Of a stretch of 64,000 nt of DNA, positions 1 through 10,237 are shown one piece after another (the first letter of the stretch is position 1; every line of letters begins with the position of its first letter). This DNA comes from Azolla caroliniana (lineage: Eukaryota; Plantae; Polypodiophyta). The position numbers and the translations under genes were made by a program. The stretch covers positions 14,322,001 through 14,386,000 of the forward strand of contig JBHGNT010000002.1 in assembly GCA_043228905.1 (NCBI GenBank), in the 5' to 3' direction. Under the pieces are notes generated by a model. It ran no database searches and had not been told where the DNA came from. It saw only the letters and a program-made list of their open reading frames with translations.

Positions 1-2514
1 CAAGTAGACACGAAGTCACATGCCGGAGCGCAGTACTTCGTTACATTCATAGATGACCACAACCGGAAGCTGTGGGCCACACCGTTGAAGACGAAGGATC
101 AGGTGCTATCCGTCTTCAAAGAGCTCCACGCGAGAGTGGAAAGAGAAACCGGCCGGAAGCTGAAGGCGGTTCAAGTAGATAACGGAGGAGAATACCGGGA
201 GCAGTTCGAGGAGTATTGCCGCTCGAAGGGAATCCGGCTCGAATATACTATGCCGAAGACGCCGGAACTAAACGGACTGGCCAAGAGGATGAACCGGACC
301 ATAATGGAGAGGGTCCGGAGTATGCTAGCGCATGCAAAACTACCCAAGAAGTTTTGGGCTGAGGCATTGTCGACGGCGACATATGTGATAAATAGATCAC
401 CCTCGGTACCCTTGGACGGAGATACGCCACAGAGAGTATGGACCGGTAAGGAAGTATCCTACCCGCATCTGAAGGTGTTCGGGTGTCTCGCGTACGTGCA
501 TGTAGCTAAGGACTGGAGCGGAAAGTTAGATCCAAAGACCCGGCCATGCATATTCCTCGGTTACGGTGACGATGAGTTCGGCTACCGAGTGTGGGACCTA
601 GTCGACAAGAAGGTATTCCAGAGTCGAGATATTATCTTCATGGAGGACAAGACGCTCGTCGACTGGGAGTCGGAGAAGAAGATAATGAACTCTAAGTCGA
701 CCAGTAAGGATCGACTCTACGATGCGCAGACCCAACCGGCAAGAGACCGGTTAGCACTCGACGAACCAGCCGGTTACGGTGAGGATATCGAACCGGCAGA
801 AGAAGTAGTAGAGGAAGCTGAAACCGGAACTGGACAAGACCCCGAATCGGATTCGGATGAAGAGCAAATGGAGGAGCCGATTACCGAAGCCAGAAGACAG
901 AGATTTCCGGATGCAGAGCATGTGCTGCGAACCGATGAGGGGGAGCCAGAAAGCTTCGAAGAAGCAAAGGATGACACCCACAACCGCAAATGGTTAAGTG
1001 CCATGCAGGATGAGATGGATTCCCTGCATGAGAACCATACGTACGAATTGGTGGAGTTATCGAAAGGAAAGCGGGCACTCCGAAACAAGTGGGTGTACAA
1101 GTTGAAACCGGGAGATGTCGGCAACCCCCCGAGGTACAAAGCCAGGATCGTGGTGAAGGGGTTCTAGCAGAAGAAGGGCGTGGACTTCGACGAGATATTT
1201 GCCCCGGTAGTAAAGATGACCTCCATCCGGACGGTGCTGAGTATAGCGGCAAGCATGGACCTCGAGGTAGAGCAGCTAGACGTGAAGACGGCATTCCTTC
1301 ACGGCGACCTCGAAGAGGAGATCTACATGCAGCAACCAGAAGGATTCGTGAAGAAAGGGAAGGAGCACTTGGTTTGCCGGCTAATGAAGAGCCTGTACGG
1401 ACTAAAGCATGCCCCCCAGCAATGGTACCGGAAGTTCGATTCCTTCATGACCGATCAAGGGTACCAAAAGACACAGGCCGATCACTGCGTGTTTATGAAG
1501 AAGTTTGAAGGAGGCAACTTCCTGATACTCCTTCTGTACGTGGATGACATGTTGATTGTCGAACGGGACCAAGTCAAAATACAGATGCTGAAGAAGGCCC
1601 TCAACCGGACCTTCTCAATGAAAGACTTGGGTCCAGCAAGACAGATGCTGAGGATGCATATTATCCGGAACCGGTCAGCGAAGCAATTATGGCTATCACA
1701 GGAGAAGTACGTGACAAAGGTGCTTCACCGGTTCAACATGTCAGATGTGAAACCGGTCGGATCGACACTTGCGGCAAACTGCAGGCTATCCGGTAAGCAA
1801 AGCCTGAAGACGAAAGCAGAGAAGGCGGATATGATGAAGATCCCATATGCCTCTACCGTCGGGAGCTTGATGTACGCAATGGTGTGTACCAGACTGGATA
1901 TATAGGATACGCAGTCGGAGTGGTGAGCCGGTTTATGAGCAATCCCGGCAAGGAGCACTAGAACGCGGTCAATGAATACTCCGGTACTTGAAGGGCACTT
2001 CAAATATGTGTCTCCGCTTCGGCTCCAGAAAACCTCAACTTGACGGTTTCACCGTTCGGACATGTCGGCTGATGTGGATACCAGCCGGTCTACATCCGGG
2101 TATGTAATGACATATGCAGGGGGAGTTGTCTCATGGCAGTCGAGGCTACAGAAGACGGTTGCATTGTCAACCATGGAGGTGGAGTACATGGGAACTGTGG
2201 AAGCTGGCAAGGAAATATTATGGATGAAGGACTTCATCGGAGAGCTCGGTATCCGGCAAGATGAATATCGGCTCTATTGCGACAGTCAAAGTGCCATCCA
2301 CCTTGCTAAGAATGCGGCCTACCATTCCTGGACGAAGCATATCCAGCGAAGGTATCACTGGATCCGGGAGAGAGTAGATGACCAGGAGTTCACGTTGACG
2401 AAGATCCACACGGCCAAGAACGGGTCAGATATGCTAACTAAAGTGTTGACACCCGACAAGTTGGATGCATGCGGGAAGAGGATCGGACTGGTAAGACACC
2501 CCATGCCGGAGTGA
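1..2514 (+). pseudogene. Copia pol remnant (IN-RT-RH) with in-frame TAG at 1165-1167 and further stop/frameshifts around 1900-2060
   Basis: ORFs 85..1167, 1180..1905 and 2062..2514 are consecutive parts of one Copia polyprotein. Confidence 0.9.
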
Positions 2515-2524
2515 AGGGGGAGTT

Positions 2525-3028
2525 TGTTGGGAGACAGGTCCCTCCGGATGGGAAGGGAGAAGTACAATACAGTAAACCCTAAACCGTATGATGAGTACCT
2601 GGCTACAGAGAGCCGGATGGTGCAGACCCGGTGAGAACCGGATGAGGAGTACCCGGCTACGGAGAGCCGGATGATACAGACCCGGTGAAGACCGGATGAG
2701 GAGCACCCGGCTACGGAGAGCCCGATGGTACAGACCCGGTGAAGACCGGATGAGGAGTACCCGGCTACGGAGAGCCGGATGGTACAGACCCGGTGAAGAC
2801 CGGATGAGGAGTACCCGGCTACGGAGATCCGGATGATGCAGGCCCGGTGAGGAGCGCTCTCCGGATGAAGAGACATATTCGTAAATACGTTTCTGAAAGT
2901 CCATCGTGGCTATATTTGTAAATAGCCGAAAAGTCATATTAGTATAAATATGACTTAGGGCAAACCTTTTGATGGAGTTGTTGTCATTCTTGTTGGTGCA
3001 AGGAGAGAGACAGCGCGTAACTGTGTAC

Positions 3029-3060
<32 letters not shown>

Positions 3061-3340
3061 GTTGTTGCCTCTGTTGTAACCGACGCCTATGGCGAAGATC
3101 GTGAGCACGAGGTCATTGCCTCCGTGAACTCACTGTTGTACATTCTAACATAGTGATAGTTTGCAGCCTGTGGGCTGCCGTGGTCTTTACCTCTTTGGGT
3201 TTTCCACGTAAACATCCTGTGTACTCTTCTCTTTTCTGTGTCGAACATCTATTTCCCGTTTCTGTGTATGATTCTAAGCTCGTTTGTGGCCGAGCGTTGC
3301 GTATAGGGAGCGTGTGTTCCCGTCACATTCCACTCTCAAT
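2525..3340 (+). repeat. 3' LTR of Copia A1 (right end approximate)
   Basis: Starts TGTTGGGA directly after the PPT and shares motifs with the A2 LTR (GGTCCCTCCGGATGGGA, AAGTCATAT, TTTCCACGT). The terminal CA is not cleanly preserved. Confidence 0.8.
2584..2853 (+). repeat. Five tandem 54-bp units inside the A1 LTR
   Basis: Unit CCGGATGAGGAGTACCCGGCTACGGAGAGCCGGATGGTACAGACCCGGTGAAGA starts at 2584, 2638, 2692, 2746 and 2800. Confidence 0.95.
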
Positions 3341-3375
3341 GTTTTGGTTGCAATACGGCTGAGCCGGTTGTGATC

Positions 3376-5547
3376 TGTGAAAGCTAATGTGCAGAAGCTT
3401 AGACAAACCAGCTCAGCCAGATAGAAACAGAAAATAGAACTAAGTTTTAATGGAAAGCTTAAATTACACACACAGACTACGGAGGAGAGACAGATAGAGC
3501 AGACCAGCATGAAACTCAAATTACAAAATATTACTCTATCTCTCTATACAATGTGCTAAGTGAGCACTTTTATACAATTCCTTAAAAGGACTAACAAAAG
3601 TACCGACAAGTACTTCATTGCTCATACTAAGCTACTGACACTAACTCCTAGGATAACTACCTAGTCTAGGAATGGCCCTCTGATCCAGCTCTCTTCTCTA
3701 GACATTGATTCAACTCTAGTTCTAGATACTAATCCGGCTCTAGCTTACTCAGCCGTCCCGGATTGGGTTGAGCCTGTCCACTCAACGCTCCTCCTCAAGC
3801 TGAACTTGAGGTCAGATCTCAGTGTCAGTCTTTGCCGATCCTTGCAGTCGGCTTTTCCTGGCATCTTCTCGCCTTTCTCGTGCACCTCGACCTGTCCAGT
3901 TCCGATTCTGCACACCTCGACCTTCTCGGTCAACTTGTCTGCTTAAGAGGCTCATTTCAGCTCCTTTGTTATGACTTTGGCGCTTCTCGACCCGTAGGTT
4001 CCTCCGCGTCAGCGTCGACTTCCATTGCCTTCTAGTCCGTTTGGCCTTTTGTTGATTCGGCTCCTCCGAATTGAACACTTCGTCTGAATCGTGTGCCTCT
4101 GATTCGTTCCAGATCTTGTCTGAATATGCTATCTCCCATTCGTCCTCAATCTTCAGGCCCTTCACCACATCAAACCATGTCCGGGTCTTGGCCTTCTTCT
4201 TCCGGTTGGCTTTGTCCTTCTTGACTCTACCATCATCTCCGCTTGTTCCAACTTGTTCGGATTCGGCTTCACTTTCGTCCTTGTCTCCCCCTATTTCGGT
4301 TGTTTCCTCTTGTCTGACTGATTGTCCAGTGCCCTTACTTGTCTTCTCTATTTCCGTTTTGGTTTCCTCCTTTTCCTTTCTCCCCCTCAAATGCGACATG
4401 TCAAGATGTTGAAGACCAAGCATCTCCGAAAAGTGTTGTAACTTGTTCGATCCGAGTGGCTTGGTGAAGATGTCAAAAACCTGCCAATCCATTCAAACAT
4501 ACTGGAGTTCGACTTCACCGCTCATGGCCCGCTCGCGCACAAAGTGATAATGCAGTTCAATGTGCTTCATCTAAGCATGGAACACAGGGTTCTTGTCCAG
4601 TTGTATGCCACTCATGTTGTTGCAGTAGAGTGGGATCGGAGTCGGTACTACGATCCAGAGGTCTTGCGGCAGCCGCCAAAGCTAAATGGCTTCACAGGTG
4701 GCAATGGTAGCACCTCGATACTCAACCTCAGTGCTCGATAATGCAGTTCAATGTGCTTCATCTAAGCATGGAACACAGGGTTCTTGTCCAGTTGTATGCC
4801 ACTCATGTTGTTGCAGTAGAGTGGGATCGGAGTCGGTACTACAATCCAGAGGTCTTGCGGCAGCCGCCAAAGCTAAATGGCTTCACAGGTGGCAATGGTA
4901 GCACCTCGATACTCAACCTCAGTGCTCGATAGAGCCACTATCAACTACCTTTTGCTGCTCCACACTATAGCCGCACTCCCGAGAGAGATCATAAAACCGG
5001 AGGTGGACTGACAATCCAACGCGTCACCAGCCCGATCGACATTTGTATAACCGACTAGCTCTTCATTTATATCATGATGGTATAATAGCCCCAATCGTTA
5101 GTGCCACTCACATACCTCAGTAGTCGATGCGTGCACTGAAGGTGCTCCACGATCGTCCTCTGCATAAACTAGTTGATCACTCCGACCGAATAGCTAATGT
5201 CAGGTCGGGTGATTTTCAGATATATCAGGGTTCTGACAATTTGTTGGAACCACTTCTCGTTGCAGGTCGGTCCGGAGTCAGGACGAAGCTTCAAGTTCCA
5301 ATTGAGGGGCACGGAGACCGTTCTACAATCTGTCATGTTGAACTTGTACAACATATTCAGCACTAGTGTCGCTGAAATAGCAATATGTCATCGGGGGTGT
5401 GGATCACTTCGATCCTGAGGAAGTAATGAAGGTCCCCCATGTCCTTCATTTCGATTGTGTCCGATAACTAGGACTTCACTCAGCCGATTTCAGCGAGTCT
5501 GAGTCCCGTGATGACTAGATCATCCATGTATAGCAAAATGCACAGTG
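3376..5547 (-). mobile_element. Copia family B remnant B0 (RT end, RNase H, 3' extension, 3' LTR 3376-3787)
   Basis: Minus-strand RT/RH motifs (LIYLKITRPDISYSVG, DIFTKPLG), PPT at 3788-3798, and an LTR similar to those at 26181 and 28869. Confidence 0.85.
4546..4927. repeat. Tandem duplication of 191 bp within B0 RNase H
   Basis: 4546-4736 is repeated at 4737-4927 with one mismatch seen; GATA microhomology at the junctions. Confidence 0.95.
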
Positions 5548-7475
5548 TGTTGGTATAACAAGCCGACTCCTTCCACTTTGTACCCTAGTGTGAACTCGTC
5601 CATATAGTTAGGGCTTAGTATATAAGCGATAACCTAACGTCATAAAGGAATATCCTTTTGATCATCTTGTACAGTGTCTGTGAGAGAGAGAGAGAGAGAG
5701 AGAACAGAAATAACGAGGCTTCCATTAAAGCTTCACCTGTGTATCTAACATCTGTCTATATCTTCTTGCCCTCCTTCTGTGTTGTTTCCTGAGCATAACC
5801 GATAGGTCCCCACGTACGTTTCCGCATGCATATATGTCCTTCAACTAGTATTAGAACGATCCGTGACTTGACAGCAACAAACAACAACAAAAAAACTAAA
5901 AGGACAAAGACCAAGCTAGCAAATCTCACTTTCAAAAGAATCATGGCATCAACATCCGGTACAGGAGTTGAGATCCGAAAATTCGACGACAAAAACCTTT
6001 CCCTATGGAAGGAGATGATGCAGGATGTACTGATTATTCAAAGACAGGTCGAGGCCATTCGATCTCCGAAAAGCCTGCTTCAATGTCAGCCAATGAGTGG
6101 AGATCAATGAAAGAAATCGCACGCTCCACCATTCGAATGTACCTAGCCGAAAACGTCTACTTCAGCATGGCAAAAGAGACAACAACGTTCGCATTATGGG
6201 AAAAGCTACAAGCCGTGTACAAGAAAAAGTCATCATCTTCAAAACTAATCTTGATCAAACAACTATTTAACATGAAGATGAGAGAGACTGATACGGCTAC
6301 CTCTCACATCAACACCTTCAGCCGGGTGTTGTCAGAACTCTCCTCACAAGGGATCAACTTCGAAGAAGAAGTTAAAGCCCTTGCCCTCCTATCGAGCTTG
6401 CCGGTGAGTTGGGAGGTATTCTACACGACATACTCCAATAGCCGACCAATCCTAAATCTGGATGAGACAATTAGCCAAGTCTTCACTGAGGACATTCGAT
6501 GAAAATCGATGGGACTTACCATCGATGAATCGGTAGAAGCCCATCACTCGACCGAGTCATTCGACCAACATAATCAAACGAGAGAACAAACCGAAGAACC
6601 GGTCGGAATACCAACCAATCAAAAATGAGGGGAGACCGACAACGGTTGAAGTCGAGAACGGGCCAATCAGACGAATTTTGCACACACTACAAAAAAGTTG
6701 GCCACAATGTTTCCGACTGTTGGTCGATCAAGAGGAAAGAGAGTGGTCGGTGATCCGGGAGAAATCGAGGTTGACCCGACTCAGACCACCCTCCGGTCGG
6801 CAACCAAATCAACGTTGTCGACACCCAATCAAGAGAAATTCTCTCCTTAGAGGATTCAGTGATAGGAGAAGTCCTCTATAGTGCACAGGATGCACACACG
6901 TGGCTACTGGATTCCAGTGCCACATGCCACCTTACCCCCAACATTGAATGGTTTGCAAACTATTCAGCCGACACCAGTGGCACAATTCGACTAGGCAACG
7001 GGCAGGAGTGCAAAATCGTTGGGCCCGGAGAAGTTCCCATACGATTGCCCAATGGAAACATGATCACCCTGCGCCGAGTTCGAGATGTACTTGATCTGAA
7101 AAGGAGTTTGGTCTCCATCGACATGCTAGCCGAAGATGAATACAAAATGACTCTATGTGAGTCGATATGGATGATCAGTCGAGGAAACCTGAAGATAGGA
7201 GGTGTGGGCACAAGTATAATAACTTCTACCCATTAATGGCGATCAATCCAGAAGGGGCTGTGAATGTAGCTGAAAAGACCAACCCAAACCTATGGCATGG
7301 CCGACTCAGCCATATGTCTCAAGCCGGACTCGATCGGTTGATGGCGGTCGGCTACATCCCTAAACTCCAAACAAAGACGGACTTTTGCGAGCATTGTCGA
7401 TACGGGAAACAAACCCGAAGTCAACACGCTCTCCATGCTATGAGATGGTACGACAGCCGTTAGAACTCGTGCACC
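5548..7475 (+). mobile_element. Copia family C copy 1: 5' LTR (5548-5845), degenerate PBS, gag-PR-start of IN
   Basis: TGTTGG start; TAGTATTAGAAC as a degenerate TGGTATCAGAGC; Gag (KFDDKNLSLWK), PR (WLLDSSATCH), GAG-pre-integrase (LWHGRLSH, CEHC); ends at LELVH. Confidence 0.82.
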
Positions 7476-8864
7476 TATAGCTTCTTCATCGTTTGTGCTT
7501 CGTTTGCCTGCATCGGTGTAGTTGACGTAGTCGAGGCCCGGTTGATATAACTCTCTCAGCCTTCTGACTCATCCGGATCTCCTGAGTGCCGATTTTGTTG
7601 GTTCGATTTCTTCAATCGACTCGATCGGTCAATCAGTATTTGCTTGAACTATCTTCAAGAGCCCTGTTGGATGACTCGCCTTCTTCGATATTGCGGAACT
7701 TAGCCGACTCGGATCTGCTTTTCCCTTTGGCCTTGGGTGTCTTGGTCGGGTCAACTCTGTCTCTTTCGACTCTCTCGTCTCTAGCTCGCACCTTGTTGAC
7801 TCTGCCTTTTGCGACTCCTATCGATTCGACTTTGTCTTCGAGTTTGACTAGTGGAACTCCTACCGATTCGGAGTCGGTAGGTGTATTGTCGGCATGGTCG
7901 AGTTCAACTGTTTGTCGAATCTCTGATTCAGCCCGGTGGGTCGGTCTTTCTATGATGCCTCTATCATCTTCGAAGGAGACCTTCTTACCAACTATTTTTT
8001 CTTGGTTCTTCTCAGAGAGAATAGAGTCTTCATTGAAGACCACATGACTACTTCGGATCAATTTTCGGTTCTCTAGGTCCCATAGCCTATAGCTGAATTC
8101 GCCATTGGTTCCATAAACGAGAAATATGCACTTTGTCGCATGGGGTGCCAACTTGGTCCTTTTCTCCTTGGGAATGAATGCATAGGCTTCGCATCCGAAT
8201 ATACGGAGCCTATCGTAGGTCGGTTGTTTGCCTGACCATATGCCTATGGCACTTTGAGCCTGATTTCTTTCGACGGTGTCAGATTTACCAGGTATACTGT
8301 CATCTGTAATGCCTCGGCCCAGAACTCTAGTTTTACTCTAGCTTGTTGGAGCATTGTCGTCACCCTCTCTTGGATCGTTCTATTGATCCGTTCAGCCATT
8401 CCATTCTGCATGGGTGGGTAAGGAATGGTCTTTTGATGTCTAATCCCTTTGTCGGACAAGTACTATTTGAAGGCTCAGGAGGTGTATTCTCCTCCATTGT
8501 CGGATCAGAGTGTCTTCACTCTGTATCCTAACCAGTTCTCCACTTCAGTTAACTGCCAAGAGAAGACCTCGAGCACTTCTTCTTTCGACCTAATCGAATA
8601 GGCCTAGACTTTCTGTGTACAATCATCTACAAATTTTCTGTTGTTTGTTATCGTCGAACAACAACTCACTCTGATACTAGTTGTTGGATATGGTGTTTTG
8701 AATGTTCGCGGAAGTATGTGAGGACCTGTCGGTTATGCACCATAGACAAAACAGATAGTATGGCAAAGAAAACATTAGATAGACAAACTCTAAACTTTAA
8801 TGGAAGCTCTCGTTATTTCTGTTCTCTCTCTCATTCTACAAGACTCGAGATACAAGAAGGATCA
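7476..8864 (-). mobile_element. Copia family C copy 2: partial LTR (8682-8864), PBS (8668-8679), internally deleted, integrase core
   Basis: Reverse-complemented LTR matches the C1 LTR (GAACAGAAATAACGAG..GCTTCCATTAAAG; CATAACCGA.AGGTCC); PBS TAGTATCAGAGT; integrase FVDDCT...QNGMAERINRT. Confidence 0.78.
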
Positions 8865-8874
8865 GGTAGCACGT

Positions 8875-8988
8875 TGTCGCGTTATTACGCGCGTGCGTGT
8901 AGAAGTGGCGGGACCACGGGGGTCTCAGACGAGGGAGAAGAGGGATGCCAAGAAAACCGACACCGGACATGACCTGGATGCAACCGAA

Positions 8989-9042
<54 letters not shown>

Positions 9043-9064
9043 GACGGAGAGCGTGTGCGCGACA
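8875..9064 (-). repeat. Short LTR-like piece related to the 3' end of the Gypsy G LTR
   Basis: Termini TGTCGCG...CGCGACA; reverse complement matches GAGACCCCCGTGGTCCCGCC...CGCGACA of the LTRs at 16925 and 23249; no TSD. Confidence 0.6.
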
Positions 9065-9497
9065 CCGACTCTTATGCATAGGAAGTAAGGGGGTTGTGCT
9101 TCCGACACCACCAAATACACCAGTATGCACAAACAGATACGAGTATGTATATTACAAGGGAAAGAAAACATCCCTTGCTTCGAGCCAGACCAAGGTAGGT
9201 TAGGTTACAACAGCAGTCTGCTGCCAAGCTGCAGATCGAGGGAGCTCTCGGGCTCGTCGCGCCGAGTGGGGTCTTGCACAGGAGATCGAGCAAAAACAAA
9301 CCCTAAATAGACACAAACTCTCAACCCACACGACGACGACGAAGAAGAAGAAGAAGAAGAAAGAAACTACCTAACCCTAAATCTAACGGTATACCCTCCT
9401 AACTCAAAATGGGCAACCCCTTCACAAAGGGTGCTCCCTTCTTTTTATAGAACAAGGAGAGGGATGCGTAACAATGTGGGATAAATCCCTTATTACA
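9065..9497 (-). repeat. Probable LTR fragment of another family
   Basis: Minus strand begins TGTAATAAGGGATTTATCCCACATTG followed by TATAAAAAG; abuts the family B gag. Confidence 0.45.
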
Positions 9498-9584
9498 AAA
9501 GGTCGGATCATTCCAGACGATGGTCTGCACAAGAGAGAATATGTTGTCATTCTTCGAGTTGCAATCGATGCTTCTCATTGAAGA

Positions 9585-10227
9585 TGTTGAAAATCAACTC
9601 TCCGATTCGCCTTCACCACTCGGCCACAACCGAGAAATCACGAATCAATGTAGCAGAAAATAGGAAACACAGAGAAAGACACGATAACACAGGGATTAAC
9701 GTGGAAAACCCTATACGGGAAAAACCACGGGAGTGCAAGACTCCAAACCAAAACTATGCACAGAGAAATATACAATGGCGAGCTGCAAGGCGACGACCTT
9801 GAGCTCGCTATCCTCGCCACAGGCGGCGGTATTACACAGAGGCGTCGACCTCTCTCTCTCTCTCACGCTCTATCTCTCTCACAGCTGCTCTCTCTTCACT
9901 CCTCTTGAGTGGAAAAACAGAAAAATGAGTAGCAACACAAAAGACTGTTTGCCCTAAGTCATATTTATACACATATGACTTTCGGGTTATTTACAGATAT
10001 AGCCTCAAGGGCCCTTGGCAAACATATTCACAAATATGTCCCCGTATCCGGATCTCTCTCCGGGTACATTCGTCATCCGGCTCCGTAGCCGGGGTCTTCG
10101 TCTTCCGGCTACGTAGTCGGGGTCTTCATCATCCGGCTCCGTAGCCGGGACCGTAACCGTAACCGTAACCGTAATTGCCGTCATTCATCTCCGGACATCC
10201 CATCCGGAGGGACCGAAAATCCCAACA
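9585..10227 (-). repeat. 3' LTR of A2
   Basis: Near-identical to 14343-14985 (3 substitutions counted by eye); PPT adjacent at 10228-10240. Confidence 0.97.
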
Positions 10228-10237
10228 AACTCCCCCT

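Larger units (their letters stand above)
1..3340 (+). mobile_element. Ty1/Copia LTR retrotransposon, family A copy 1 (3' part; Tnt1/Tork-like)
   Basis: Integrase (DNGGEY, ERMNRT-like), RT (YVDD) and RNase H ORF pieces, PPT TGAAGGGGGAG at about 2512-2522, and a 3' LTR starting TGTTGG at 2525. Colinear with the copy at 9585-14985. Confidence 0.93.

Noticed and set aside
2584-2853. CRISPR-like array, or repeat proteins from ORFs 2355..2876 and 2434..3108
   Set aside because: Units are contiguous with no unique spacers and lie inside a plant LTR; the ORFs are by-products of a stop-free 54-bp period
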